Source: the human T2T-CHM13v2.0 reference genome, Homo sapiens
Reading direction: 5' to 3' (one strand)
Assembly (NCBI RefSeq): GCF_009914755.1
Contig: NC_060928.1
DNA: 64,000 nucleotides
The notes beneath the pieces were generated by a model. The model searched no databases. It worked only from the letters and a program-made list of their open reading frames with translations, and was not told the origin of the DNA. Below are positions 46,794 through 60,830 of the stretch, piece by piece. The position numbers and the translations under genes are program-made. Every line of letters starts with the position of its first letter. Positions within the stretch are counted from its first letter, which is position 1.

Positions 46794-48280
46794 TGCATTA
46801 GTTTCTTTGTGTTACTTAACACAAACTGGGTGGCTTAAAACAACATAAATTTATTCTCTCAAAGTTCTGTAGGCTAAGAAGTCTGAAATCAAAATGTGGG
46901 CACCTCTGTATTCCCTGTAAAACCCCTGGTGGGAGAATCCTTTTCTAGCCTTTTCCAGCTTCTGGTGGCTCCAGGTGTTCCCTGGATTATGACCACATCA
47001 CTCCAATCTCTGTATCCATAGTCATATGACCTCCTCCTCTTCTCTGTATTTGTTTCATTTTGTATTTCTCAGTCTAATCTCCCTCTATCTTATAAAGATA
47101 CACATGATTGCATTTAGGGTCTGACTGCATAAACCAGGATAAGCTTCTCTTCTCAAGACCTGTAATTTAATCCCCACATGCAAACATCATTTACAAAATA
47201 AGGTAATAATCTTATTTTGGAGGACACCATCTAGACCATTACAATCTGCCCTCTGTTACTCAAAATTCACATCTGTTCCACATTCACAGTATATTCACCC
47301 CAACCCAACTTCCCCGAAATACTCAGCCTATTTAAAGCATTAATGCTAAATCCAAAATCTCATCTAAATATTATTAGTTCAAAGGTGCCAAATTTCATCA
47401 TATAATTCATCTAAATCAGGTATGGATAGGACTTTGGATATGATCCATCCTCATGCAAAGTTTTTCTATTACATTTGTGGACCTATGAAGCCAGAAAAAA
47501 TTATCTACTTCCAAAAGGCTTATTTATCTACTTCCAAATTGTCTACTTCCAAAATGGTACAACAGGATTACTATAACAGTCACAGCTATTTCCATTTTAA
47601 AAATAGAACATGGAATAATAAAGTGGTTATTGATCCCAAGCAAGTTCTAAATCCAACAGGGAAAATTTCATTAGGTTTCAAGGCCTAAGAATCATCCCCT
47701 ATCACTTGAGGCTCTATTTCTAGGTCTCTGGCTCTGCCCTCTGTGCTCCTGGGTGTCCCAGCCTTTATCTCTTTAGCTACAGCTTCATTCTCTAGGCCCA
47801 AAGCTCTGCTGTTGGAGTAATTCTTCCTCTTTCTTGAAGGATAGCACATGTTTGCTGGTGAGAAGTTCCAACAGTTTTTTTTTCCCCTGCCTATAGAGTC
47901 CCCCAAGTCTCATAGTCTTCCTTCAATTTGCCCTATTTCTCTTTCATTCCAAACTATGTTCCTGATGATGTAACACTCTCAGAAACCTTACGGAACTCCT
48001 GTGAATGTCACAGGAATTCACACCATTAGTTAAGAAGGTCCTGCAGTTGTTCCTAGAAAAACTCACATTTAGTTCTCACTTCCACTGAAAAGATTAAATA
48101 TACCCTTTATTCATATGCCTAATTTCTTCAGTAAAAAATTGCACAGCTACACCCTTAGCCGTGTCTCCCACAGCATGCTTTCCTAATAATTAATCTCCTA
48201 AATTTCTTATATTCATTGATATATAAATAGGATAACAATTTGCCAAGTCATTAAGTGCTAGTTCATGTTTGTTTAACAGT
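46794..48280 (-). mobile_element. MLT1C-like LTR (46794-47243) with adjoining MaLR internal sequence
   Basis: GGTGGCTTAAAACAACATAAATTTATTCTCTC...CCAGCTTCTGGTGGC LTR body, followed directly by ATCTGCCCTCTG...CAAAATTCACAT internal sequence. Confidence 0.8.
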
Positions 48281-48282
48281 CC

Positions 48283-49090
48283 TGAGAAGTTTTCTCCCAC
48301 ACCAACCAAATCTCTTATTCTCCAACACCATCCGAATGTCCTACAATTCAATTTCATTCTGACACTAAATACCCGGATTTAGCATCAGACTCTACACATT
48401 TAAGTGCACAGTCCCATGAGACAGCCTTCACTTCAGACACCAGTCATAAGTATCAGCTCCCTATCCCCAGGTTAATATAAACTTCTGTCCTACTTGGCTA
48501 CAAAGTTGGAAGTTCCCAAAACCCACCTGTCAGGGTAGATCATTTGCTAGGATTGCTCACAAAATTTAGAAAAATTCTATACTTTCCATTATAGTTTATT
48601 ATAAAGGATACGAATGAACAGCTGGATGAAGAGATACATAGGATAAGATTTGGAAGGGTCCCAAGCTCACAATTCTCTTTTCTATGAAGTTGGGCTGTAC
48701 CACCCTCTCAGCATGTGGATGTGTTCACCAGCTTAGAAGCTCCTAAACCCTTTTGATTAAAGGGTTTTTTTTTTCTTTTCTTGGTTTGGTTTTTTGTTTT
48801 TTATGGTTTCATTATACAGGCATAATTGTGGACATTAATAATTAACTCATTCTCCATCCCCTCCACCCTTTCCTGAAGGATGGGAGGAGGAGCTAAAAGT
48901 TCCAAGCTTCTAATTAAAGTTTGGTCTTTCTGGCAATCAGCTCCTATCCTGAAGCTCTCTAGGGACCTGCCAGTATTTGCCTTTTTAGAACAAAAGATGT
49001 TCTTATCACCTTTATCACTCAGCAAATTACAAGCCTCTTAGGAGCTTTGTACTAGGGATGAAAAACAAATATCTTTTTTATTATACCATA
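48283..49090 (-). mobile_element. MER21 (B/C-like) LTR
   Basis: TGTCCTACAATTCAATT...TTCTGACACT and GATGAAGAGATACATAGG...TGGAAGGGTCCC are MER21 motifs. Confidence 0.8.
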
Positions 49091-49568
49091 AATTCTTCCA
49101 AAACAGGATATTGGGTATAGAGAACCACCTATCTCCACTGTAAAAGTAAATCTTTCTGAGATTTACACATTGTCCAGATGCAAATGTTTCAATGTTGACA
49201 ATGCAGAAAAAAGACAGAACTAAGTTGATTGTATTGAAATCTCCTGGAAAAGAGCCTCAAGTGTACCATCTGTATGTTAATACGTCATAAGGCACTGCAT
49301 ATTAAAATTATTTACTTCATAGTTTATAGTGCAGATTTCATATTATAATCATTTTATGTAATTGACAGAAATCTCAAAATCTCATCACAACATAATTTTT
49401 CTATTAAAATTCTACATTTTGCTACTATGTTATAGTTTAATAAATCAATGCAAAGCAATGGATTTTTATTAGAATCAATATAAGAAATGTAACTTTATCT
49501 GCTCTGACTATATTAATAAGTAATTAGTCACATTTTCTTGCTTCTTAGGACATCCCAATCCACCAAGT

Positions 49569-49762
49569 CAGTGTGATTCTCAAACTTTAGCATGCATCGT
49601 ATTCATCTGGAAGTCTTGTGAAAACATTATGCTTAGCCCTAGAGTTTCTGATTTAATAAATCTGGGGTAAGTCATAATAGTAATAATTTGCATTTCTGAC
49701 AAGTTCCAAAGTAATTCTTCTGGTACAGATTCTAGTCTAGAATCTACACTGAGGATAACTAC
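49569..49762. mobile_element. MER5A-type MITE
   Basis: TTCTCAAACTTTAGCATGCATC...AGAGTTTCTGATTTA...TTTGCATTTCTGACAAGTTCC. Confidence 0.7.
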
Positions 49763-49772
49763 ACTAAGTAAC

Positions 49773-49942
49773 CAGTAAGTACTATTAAAAATTTGGTCTA
49801 TGGATCACCACAAGCAGAAACACTTGGAGCTTGTTAGAAATGAAAGTGTTGAGTCCCATCCTGGTCTTACCAAATAAGAATCTTTGGGCTTTAACAAGTT
49901 CTTCATCTGGTTCTTACATACTTTCAAGTTTGAGGAGCACTG
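49773..49942. mobile_element. MER5A/MER5A1-type MITE
   Basis: GGAGCTTGTTAGAAATG...AAGTTTGAGGAGCACTG. Confidence 0.7.
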
Positions 49943-49980
49943 ACTTACTTTAGACTTATGTAACTAAGATTTAATATTTA

Positions 49981-50154
49981 CACTAAGGCATCATCCCCAC
50001 CCCCTCCCCTACCTTGTTATTACATACTGTGATTGGACACCAGAATAATACTTTCACCAGTTCAAATGTATATCAGATAATTAGAGTTGTTGCTATTTTT
50101 TAAATAGGTCTATCCAAATAGATAGGGATAGATAGATCTATTTCCTACAATCTT
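49981..50154 (+). repeat. Copy 1 of a ~170-bp local dispersed duplication
   Basis: Aligns by eye at about 90% to 51723-51888. Confidence 0.92.
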
Positions 50155-50214
50155 TACAACCTTAAAATGGCAGGGAAAAAAGCTCACAGATTTAGTACAT
50201 GTTAAATTCCATAG

Positions 50215-50391
50215 CTACACTGTTCAATAGGGTAGCTACTGCCCACATATATTTACCCTTAAACTGAAATAAAATTAAATGAAAAACTCTGTTCCCTAGT
50301 CACAGGAGCCACATTTCAAAAGCTCTACACCAACATGTGGCTAGTGGCTACCATATGTGCATAATCACAGAAAGCTGCATGCACAGCGCTG
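50215..50391. mobile_element. MER3/MER33-type MITE
   Basis: CTGTTCAATAG...GCCACATTTCAAA...CATGTGGCTAGTGGCTACCATA...ACAGCGCTG. Confidence 0.7.
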
Positions 50392-50885
50392 TTCCCGAAG
50401 TGCACCAGGGGTACATATGTTCTTTCTTTTTCAATAGTTCAGGTCATTGCATTCAAAACATATTGACTCTGCTCCCATGGTAACTGCAAGGTATTTCTTG
50501 CAATTTTCCTTAGAAAATCTACTAATTATGTCAAAAGAAGTATTCAAATAACATTACAATTGTTTTTCTTTCTGAACATATATATAGTACATTCACAGTT
50601 TTGTGCTTGAATGTTATTAAAATGCAACTTGTAACATATCCACTGCTTTTTCCAAAGGGCTCAATCATTAGAGAGAGAATTTTTAACTAATTCCAACTTT
50701 CTGGTTTTTATCTACCCCATCCTCCTCTCAGTAGTGTTGTAATCAATAGAAACATGTCTAACTTACTTGAACTTTCCAAGTTTCTCTTCATTCTGCACTG
50801 TAATAATAAGCTTTGCTTCTCTGTGCTAGAGTCACTAGAGATGCAGGAGCATATCAAATGTTGCTTGTGTTAAAAATAACATTTT

Positions 50886-51173
<288 letters not shown>

Positions 51174-51564
51174 AAAATAATGTTTTACTTTGACAGAAAG
51201 AACCAGAATCCTAGGACTATGATATATGGGGGACATTGTGTAATGAGAATGTCCTTCTGCTTAAGTGCAGCCCAATAAGTACAACTATTTATAGAAATCC
51301 AAGAAGTATCTAGACTCTCCACAGTGTCAAAGTTCCTCCCTGGAGGCAAATTTATTATGCAGGGAAGATCATGATTCCTAAAATGTTGGAATACCACCAC
51401 CATATTGGAATACCACCACCATGATCCATTATTCTCAGTATTAGAAACCACAAAATTTCTAAAAACCCAAAGTATCAATTTGGTAAGATTGTGGCAAATT
51501 CATTTGGTGGTAGAATTTACATTGAACCAATAGAGGAAGGGGTGTATTATTAGATTATATATAC

Positions 51565-51574
<10 letters not shown>

Positions 51575-51622
<48 letters not shown>
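51575..51622. repeat. (AC)24 microsatellite
   Basis: Direct inspection. Confidence 0.95.
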
Positions 51623-51627
<5 letters not shown>

Positions 51628-51722
51628 GACTAATAAGACAATATGATATATGACATATATGATATATATGATAATTTATATCATATTGACTGTATATAAA
51701 ATAAGACAATATAATTTTTTTC

Positions 51723-51888
51723 CACTGAGGCATCATCCCCGCCCCACACTCCCTACCTTGTTATTACATACTGTGACTGGACACCAGAATAATATTTTCA
51801 TCAGTTCAAATGTATATCAGATAATTAGAGTTGTTGTTATTTTTTAAATGGTTCTATCCAAATGGATAGATCTATTTCCTACAATCTT
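51723..51888 (+). repeat. Copy 2 of the ~170-bp duplication, bracketed by a 27-bp inverted repeat
   Basis: Matches 49981-50154; IR arms at 51625-51651 and 51894-51920 (26/27). Confidence 0.92.
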
Positions 51889-53883
51889 CATAGATATATC
51901 ATATTGTCTTATTAGTGATATAATTTTCCAAAGAAATGCCAATATGTTTGATTACGAGATGTTGCCTCAGACCCTGCTGAGAATAACATGGGCCAAGTTT
52001 TTCAATGCCATATTGCTTATTTGGGTCTCAAATAAACATATAATTTTTAGAAGGCAAAGATGGCAACATTCATTCATCCAAAAGGGTTAGTATATTATGA
52101 TTGAGAAAAAAGTATTAAGCAAAGTAATATTTAATGTATTTGAGAAAGTGTCATGAGAGGAGCTCTAAAACTTGGTTTGGTCTTGGCTTTCCAAGTTTAA
52201 TGACCATACTAAACTCTCAAAAGCCTAAATTCCTCAAGAAATGTAAATATTTTGTAACTTTGGTAGTTTTTGCAATCATCTCTTTCAGTGATTCTATTAC
52301 CAGGTTATAAACGCTTCATCAGAGCAAATAGTAAGACCTGTTATTATGCCATAACTTGAAATATGATCCAAATTATATGCTGTGTTTTTTAAAAAGTAAA
52401 AAACAATAAAGGTATTGAATTTCTGACTTAAAAAGTTTGATTTATAATCCCTGGGGTTCTTTTTTTTGTCCATTTACAAGGGTAAGAAACAAATCTTATT
52501 GTCTAATACAGTACATGATAGTATCGTTCAGATAATTTTTTCAGGAAAGCACAAACAGGAATGAGGAAAACCTATTTTAAGATTAATAGTCCATCTTACT
52601 ATAGGTCCAAAGATTATGCTGTCACAGAATATTTTTACTTCCTATCTCATTTATAAACATTCAAACCTGAATTTACAAAATAGTCTAGAGGCCTCTAACA
52701 GCTCCAGTGGGTCAAGAGTCATAACTGTAGAAGGTGGGAAACACACGACTTTCCAAGTGGTTGACATTTCAGATAATGGAAGTCATTCTTTCAAGTTATT
52801 CTCCCTTAGGATGAGAGATATTACACAAGTGGATGGGGGGAGAACTGATACTATGAAATCGTTTCTTCTGAAAGAGCACGCAATTTTTATTTTTGCGTGA
52901 ATAAATAGCTCATTAAATTGAGTACCAATAATAAGTACTTTTTTTACTGATTTAATTAACATAAAATTTTACAAATATAATGAACAATATAAATGTATAT
53001 TTTAGGGACAATATTGAAATTTATCCCATTAAAATATGAGGCTAACAATGGAAATGTAATTAATAACTTCTAGTAAACATGAAAAATACTTATTAAAATG
53101 AAGATGAATGAAATAGAAAATTGATATAAATATCAATTTTATGTAGATAATATGTAGATATATAGATAATAATATAGATTTATACATAAAATAATATGTA
53201 GATATATAAAGTTATTGTCCTGAGAATTCACTTTTCCCTAAAATAAATACATTCAATGTGTTTTAAATTCATCTAATTTTATAATTTGAACATAAAGAGA
53301 CACTTAAATGTTAAAAAATAAACCACCAATAGTGACATTAATTACATAAAATGCTATTTTGTAAATTAAAAATTTCCTCTGAGATACTCAAAACATGTTA
53401 CTGATATCATACGAATTAATTTTCTCTATACACTTTCTTAGTTTCATATTCTAGAGGATAAAATGGTGTTTTCAAGAGTAATTCAGAAGTCTTTTAAGGT
53501 AAAAGAAATTTCTTGCTGACATTAAGTAGTAAACATCACACATTTATTTTGAATAAATCTCCTAAACAGTATAAGATTTATTATAGGTTAAAAGACTACT
53601 TATTTATAATCTTTTATGTTTATAAAAACAATTTATGACCTATACTAAATGGAATTCAAAGAGAAAGCATTCATTAATGTTAGCTGCTCTTATTTTATTA
53701 AGAGTAAAAACAAGTTACTATCCTCTCACACTATATGACTCTAAATTCCACTTAACTTTTAGAAAGGATTCATGCTTTTGTTCTTCTAATTCAATGGCTT
53801 TATTTTACATATATAATGCATATATTCCAAAATGTTGCTTTCTAATTAATATCTAGAATAAATGTTTTGAACACAAAATGTCA

Positions 53884-54098
<215 letters not shown>

Positions 54099-54419
54099 AA
54101 TTTCACTTATGAGTGCCTTAAGTGGATATAAATTATAGAAACACAATTTTTGGCTCAGTAAATGAAAAAATTAAAGATGCCTGCAAATTTCCCTGGTGTT
54201 CTCCTGAGGTAATAAAGTGCTCATCATCGTAAGCTTTAACCTGGAGTTAGACAGCAAACTACTGAAGAAGAAACATAAATTTGGAGCTGCAATTGATTTC
54301 AAGGAAGTAATTTTTAAACATCAGTCAGCCTGAAATTAAACTAGTTAAAAATAAAGTTCACAGTATGCTATCTCCTATAATTCTAATTCATAATGTTTAA
54401 AAAGAAACTTGCTATATGT

Positions 54420-54590
54420 AAGAGGCTCGAGAGAACCTGTTTGCTGCTTCTGCCATTTGAAGATGAAGCAAGAAGCCACCATATTTGAAGCAGACAGTGT
54501 CTCCTCACCAGACACTGAATCTGCTGGCCCCTTGATCTTGGACTTCCCATCTTCCAGATCAGTGCGCAATATACTTCTGTTGTTTATTTA
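54420..54590 (+). mobile_element. MLT1A/MST-type LTR fragment
   Basis: CCTCACCAGACACTGAATCTGCTGGCCCCTTGATCTTGGACTTCCCA. Confidence 0.75.
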
Positions 54591-55019
54591 AAAAATTAAT
54601 TAATTAAAAAAATAAACTCACTATTTTTACAAAGTAATTTCGATTATGCTGATGCAGGTGGTCAAAGAACCACATTTTGCGATCTGCTACCTCAAAGATT
54701 ATTTGGCTCAAATTTCAATTTGTGAAAGAGTAAATAGAGTACAATGGTTAAGTGAATTTGATGTAAACTACAGTTAATTAGTTTCTCACCTGGGACTTGA
54801 AGTAAGTCACTACCATAAATTACTCACTATTCTAATAAATTTAATAATAATACTTGTAAATATTAATAAATGAAATTATTAAACCAATTACATTCATATC
54901 AGCAAATTAACTTAATGTTGCAGATGGTATCACTTTGCTGAAATTAATACCCACAACATGGGTATCTTGTGGGAACTCTTTTGGTGCACAGTATTTGCAT
55001 GTGCTGGTTTTACTACTAG

Positions 55020-55240
55020 TATTAATAACGTCTAGCCATTATTCAGTGCTTATGATGTTCCAGACACTGTTTAACCACATTTTAACTCATTTAGTATTCA
55101 TAACAATTCTATGCAGAACGTATATATTTCCTCAATTTGTCATTGAGGAAGCTTACATAGGAAAAGGTGAAGTCACTTATCCAAACTCAAGTACAGAAGC
55201 CAAGCTCAATATTGTATTTTCTTAACCAATACTGCTCTAA
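55020..55240 (-). mobile_element. MIR SINE
   Basis: Degenerate TCCAGACACTGTT...AACTCATTTA...TGAGGAAGCT...GGTGAAGTCACTT. Confidence 0.55.
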
Positions 55241-55823
55241 TGCCTCGGACACACTATTGTGTGTTGGGTTATAATTCAAACAACCCACTGCTATTATCCA
55301 GTTTAACTACTGAAAAACTGTTATTTATACGGAATGTCTTGACCACATTTCATCTTCGCTTGGTGTACATTTGCATGTTAATTGTACCTCAATCCTTGTC
55401 TTGATAGTACTGGAAACAAAGCACTGCCTATCATTATTGTGAGGTAAAATAAAAGCCTCAGTTTATTAACTAATTTCAGAAATCATAATCTTTTTTATGA
55501 AAATTGCTTGCAATTGTACATATAATTTTGGCATTCATAACTGACAACATAATTTGAGTTCAACAGTGGGTGCAGGAGAATTTCTGTCATTTTGAAACTT
55601 GTCTATATTAACCTAAGGCCAAACAGAAATCGTCTCCCCAACTTTAAAAATTAAACACTGGCACTTAGATAATCACTTATGATTAACACACTAATATAAA
55701 TACAGGCATCGAAATCATAAAAAAGGCTCAGACACCTTGAATTTGTTTATCACGAACAATAAGACAATTTTTTAAATAGAAGATTTATCTCCAAGAAAAC
55801 TAATTAAATATCACAAATACATA

Positions 55824-56030
55824 CTCTCTCCCTCTCTCACTCTCTCTCCATATATATATAGATATATATGTTCCATATATATGATACGTGTCATATATAT
55901 GAATATGATATATATCATATATATCCAATATATCATATATATGATATATATGTCCATATATATATCTCATATATATATATGAGGGGAAGGTGGATATATA
56001 TATCCACATATATATATATATATGTGAGAG
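55824..56030. repeat. (CT)n then degenerate (TA)n low-complexity tract
   Basis: Direct inspection. Confidence 0.85.
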
Positions 56031-56365
56031 GGCTGAATAAAAAGATTGCATGGTCCTCTCATATTTAGAAAATATACAAATGTACAGCTGATATATGACT
56101 GCACACTTCAAGTCTTTTTTGGATCAAATGGGCTTATACATTTTTACAACTGAAAAAAAAACTCATACTGTCTTGTTGCGTTTTTTTTAAGAGAATGTAA
56201 AGCATAAAGTCTGATGCAATATACAGCTCCCAAGATGTTTGTTAGAAGATTACACTGGATTTATGCTTCAATGCAATACTTCTTTGGAAAATTTGTGTCA
56301 GCAGTTTGCCCTTTAAAGCCCTTTTAAATTTCTTAGCAGTCTTTTCCCTTGCTGAAGATAGTCCT

Positions 56366-56739
56366 TGTATTAGTCCATTTTCACACAGCTATAAAGACCT
56401 ACTTGAGACTGGGTAATTTATGAAGAAAAGAGGTTTAATTGAATCACAGTTCTGCATGACTGGGGAGGCCTCAAGAAACTTACAATCATGGTAGAAGGCA
56501 AAGAGGAAGCAAGGCATGTCTTTCCAAGGTGGCAGGAGAGAAACAGGGTAGGGGGTTGGAGGTGGCGGGGGAGCACCATTTATCAAACAACCAGATCTCG
56601 TGAGAACTCTATCTGGAGAACAGCAAGGGGCAAGTCCACCCCCAAGACTCAATCACCTCCCACCAGGACACTCCCACAACCAGTGGAGATTATAATTCGT
56701 AGTGAGATTTGTATGGGCACACAGAGCCAAGCCATATCA
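56366..56739 (-). mobile_element. THE1D-like MaLR solo LTR
   Basis: TGTATTAGTCC...GCCATATCA; perfect 5-bp TSD GTCCT at 56361-56365 and 56740-56744. Confidence 0.9.
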
Positions 56740-57944
56740 GTCCTCTTCCAGTTCTCTCCTGTGCTCCAGGGCTTTTCTGAACTCTCATATTGTTGTTCTG
56801 CCTAGGGCAGAACCCCTAAATTCTAGGGTTGTGCTTTAGATTATATTGTTTATCACTAACGATAGCTCAATGACTCTAAATAAATTATGAAGAATATTCC
56901 AGTCTTTAACAGGAGGCTACTACTGTTAAAGTTTTTGCTCAAATAATTAAATACCTTACTTTAGAATTTTAAACACATGTGGTGATAAGGTAGGATTGTT
57001 TAAGGCATACATTCTAGAATATATATGCTGTCCCCAAATCTTTATTCTAATATCAGGTAGGTTAAATATCTACTCTATCTGCATGTGGGACTAACTGTGC
57101 ATTCACCTGAACTGCAGTAGCTTTTAAGTAAAGGGTATATTTCATCAGCCTATGTGCATAAGTTATGAATTAGAAAAGGAAAAAGTATTATATCTACTCA
57201 TAATATTAGTTGAAAAGAACACCTCATCTATAAATATATAGAAAGCAGGGTGGACTAGTATTTTCTAATAAGGCCATTTGTGTACCACATTTTATTCTAG
57301 GAATAAGAATAAATGCTATCGGTATTCTGGAGCCAGCTTTCAAACAGAATCACAAAGCTTTGTTAGCTGAATACTGCTGAGAAGGCAAGTATGAAATACA
57401 CTATGCAAGTATAAAGGCGACTTGTCACTCTTCCAAATAATTTTTAAAAGGCATGTCTGTATGCTGTTTAGAGACTAATGAAAAATAAATATACAAGCTA
57501 CTACATACCTAGCTTTTTAATATTTTTCAAAATCTTGTGTACTTAACAAACTTTTATATTCAAAATAGAGATATGTCATGGGGATATAATTTAATTAGGA
57601 GTAAAATGTGGGCACATAAAAATAACACAAGTAGAGCTTAAAAACTGAAACTAAACCAGTTTAAACAACTAGTTATCAGGTTTTACATCATTGAAGTAAT
57701 TATTTGTGTATTTCCCATTTAAATTTTACAATATTTATACTTGATATCTTCACTAATTTGTGTTTATTAACTTGCTTTTCAGACAAATAAGTTTGAATAT
57801 CTCTGTCTATTAAAACTAACCTCGCTGTACTTGATGTCAGTACTTATTTCTAATTTTAAAAAGGTTTTTATTCCATGCTCTTTTAAAGCTTTTATGCCAT
57901 CTTCAAATTTGACAAGAAAGGCATTTGTGTCTACATTAAGCATT

Positions 57945-58860
57945 CAGTTAATGTCTCAAATATACCTGAAAATCAGTATTTTCAAACCAAATTCATGAGC
58001 TTTCTTCAAACCTGGTCCCCTGCTGCAGTGAGTGTTTGAACTTTTGTCTTGCTATCCAAATCAGAAATGTAAGAGTCATCATGTATGTTTTTTTTTTCCA
58101 CTTGCCCCGGCTTAACAAATCTCTCACCAGTTCCTCCTAAACATGTCTTAAAGAAGTTGACTTTCCTTCCTTCCGACTGCCAGCACTTACAGTCCAAATT
58201 ACTCTAGTCTGGGCAAATACTCTAGTTTTCTAACAGGTACCCTTCCTTCATGACACTCTCCAATCAATTATCTAAACTACAGCTGGGGTGATCTTGTGAA
58301 ATGTAAATCCAATCACATAATTCCCTGCTTGAAATACTTACGCAAGCTAAAAATTAAACCCAAGGGTTCCTGTCACAACCATTTTCTCCTTCGTTGTCTT
58401 AACATTTTTGTGTGTGCGGGGGAGTGGGGTGCTGGGGATGGTGCTCACTGTGATTAGACCACTCTGGGTTTCTGGATTTCCTATGCCTGTGAAACACATC
58501 ATACTCCCTTATTCTTCCTGGAATCATCTTTTCATCTCCAACCTTCCCCATCTTTTAACTCCCCCAGCCGACTTAATTTCTATTATTCTTTCATATTCTA
58601 GCTTCATCAACACTTGCTTTCTGATATCCTTCCTTGATTTCCCAAATGAAGTTAACGACCAATACCTTCTGGCACTGTGTGTCTCTCTTCTTCATTGAAA
58701 TTTCTACAGTAACAATTTCTTATTTATTTAGTGTGGCTTATTGATTAATTTCTGATTTTTTTTCATCTGATGATAAGGTTCATGAACTGATTATTCCATG
58801 ATTATATTCGCTGGACTTAATAGCAGTACATTTAATAACATTTGTTATTTGTAGATTGCT
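57945..58860 (+). mobile_element. L2 LINE fragment
   Basis: Pyrimidine-rich degenerate L2 motifs (GTGATCTTGTGAAATGTAAATC...TTCCCTGCTTGAAA). Confidence 0.65.
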
Positions 58861-60009
58861 GGATAGACAGCATTAAATTCTAAGTACTGGGGTACAGCAT
58901 TAAAAAGTATCATCAATAGAAATTCTACCCAGTATTTCCTAAACTTCGAAATTACCTATTATTAGATCTTTGGACTCCTAATAAACAGTTATCTGAGCAA
59001 TTCATTCAGGGCTTTTCAAACACTACTTTCTCTAAATGTTATTTGTGCACATACTTAAAAGATCCCACTAGATGGTAAGCTCCTAGAGGAGAGAGATTGT
59101 TAGAGATCTTTATCTCTGCTTCCCTCTCAGCTGAGTATTTAACATACAATATTTTGAACATAATGCATACATAAATACATACACATGCACAAACACTAAC
59201 TTACTAAATAAATAAAAACCATTGGTTGTTTTATGCATATCAAAGCTCTTCTATCAATTTCAAATTTCTCTGTATAACTTTTAGTAACACAGTTGAATCC
59301 AGCATATACCCCCTCTTCTATCTCACTCCCTTCACCCCCATCTGTTGCCCATATCAGTGCAGGCCTCATCCATTTGTGCATTCATGGAGATAAGTTGTTG
59401 TGCTTCAGTGACATGAGTAATTAGTGCACATTTTTAATTCAGTCTCCAAATGGGTTCATTTGTCTAAGTTTCTCAAAAAGGAAATACTTTTAATTGGTGT
59501 TTTCTAAGCATTTCAAATATAAAGTTAAATATATTTAACAATGTTACTCCTGACAATAAGTTCATTGTATGTGAAATAGAGTAAGAAGTGGCAGCAATGA
59601 TGAATCAAATAATAAGATTAAGAAAGACTGGTAAAAACATGGACTTTTATGTACTGTACTAGTAGTTTAGAAGTTAGTATTAAATTGGCTTTCAGAATAC
59701 TGCTATTGAAGGTTTTTGTAAGTCATTCGTTTTTACATGTTTCAATTTGAGTTGGACTCTTACATTAAAGCAAAAATCAAATCATTTTTATATCCTGTGC
59801 CTCTAGATAAAGTCTTATACTAATAAAAAGAAATGGTGCTACAAGACCTTTATTTTTATGTCCAATCTTGTCCATCTTGTTGCTGGACATTTATAAATCA
59901 GCATAGGTCTCTTCAGATGACCTTTAGTGGCACTCTTTTAGCTGGTCTCCTCCTGTTATTTTTGCTTCTTCTTTCAGCGAACTGAAGTCAACATAATTCC
60001 TTTTCTATG

Positions 60010-60386
60010 TGTGAAGGAATGTACTAAAATCAAGCAAAAATATCCCAACTGTTTGCTCCAAGAAATACCTGCTCCTAGAAGATAAGATTATGGACTAGCT
60101 AATGGCTCACATATCATGGCTAACAGCTTGCTCATTGATAATTTCATGACACTCCCTCATTGCAATCACCAACCCAAAGGTGTTAGGTCATAAACTCTGT
60201 CCAATCAATTCCCTGTTTGTCAAGATACACCTTAAAAATCATATAGCCTAGGCTCTAAAACCCTATAAATATAGTACATCTAAAGTAAGTCTCTGCAAAG
60301 TGGAGTTTTACCTTTCTGCACAAATCTAATAAACTCAGTTTTATTTTATCCACAAGGTTTTCTGGTGGTCTTTTGGGAGATCAACA
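60010..60386 (+). mobile_element. Old ERV1-type LTR (MER90/MER110-like)
   Basis: TG...CA span with CCAATCA (~60201), CTATAAATA (~60263), AATAAA (~60328) and TTCTGGTGGTCTTTTGGGAG; family uncertain. Confidence 0.5.
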
Positions 60387-60599
60387 GTCAGCATTTGTTG
60401 GTATTGTTTTTTCTGTATTTGCTCTTTAAATATGCCCCTAGTTTCAAATGCTGGCCTTGGCTCTTGGTTATTAAATAAATAAGTTTGAACAAGTTACACT
60501 ACATCTCTAAGCCTATGTCTTGATGGGCAAAACGGGAATCTCATAGGGTTCTTCTGAGGATAAATGAGGCAGTGTGTAAAGAACATCAGCTAACTCACT

Positions 60600-60830
60600 T
60601 CCAAGTATATTAACTCATTTAATTTTTTATATATTTTCATGAGTCATTATTTACATATTAAACATGAGGAAAGTGAGGCACACACAGAAAAGTCAGATGA
60701 CTTGCCCAAGGTTAGAGATCTTATAATTAGCAACACCAGCATTCAAACCCATACAGTTCAAACAGCAGCATTCAAACACAGAAAGGCAGCCCCACAGTCC
60801 ATGGCCTGACATACTAAGTCATGTTGTCTT
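60600..60830 (-). mobile_element. MIR SINE
   Basis: ATGAGGAAAGTGAGGCAC...GACTTGCCCAAGGT...ATTCAAACCCA. Confidence 0.7.

Noticed and set aside
47502-47553. Three spaced copies of TCTACTTCCAAA, superficially repeat-spacer-like
   Set aside because: Short slippage duplications in MaLR internal sequence; eukaryotic context, no cas genes, not CRISPR.
56802-56839. Short imperfect hairpin
   Set aside because: Too short and mismatched to call a miRNA or MITE.
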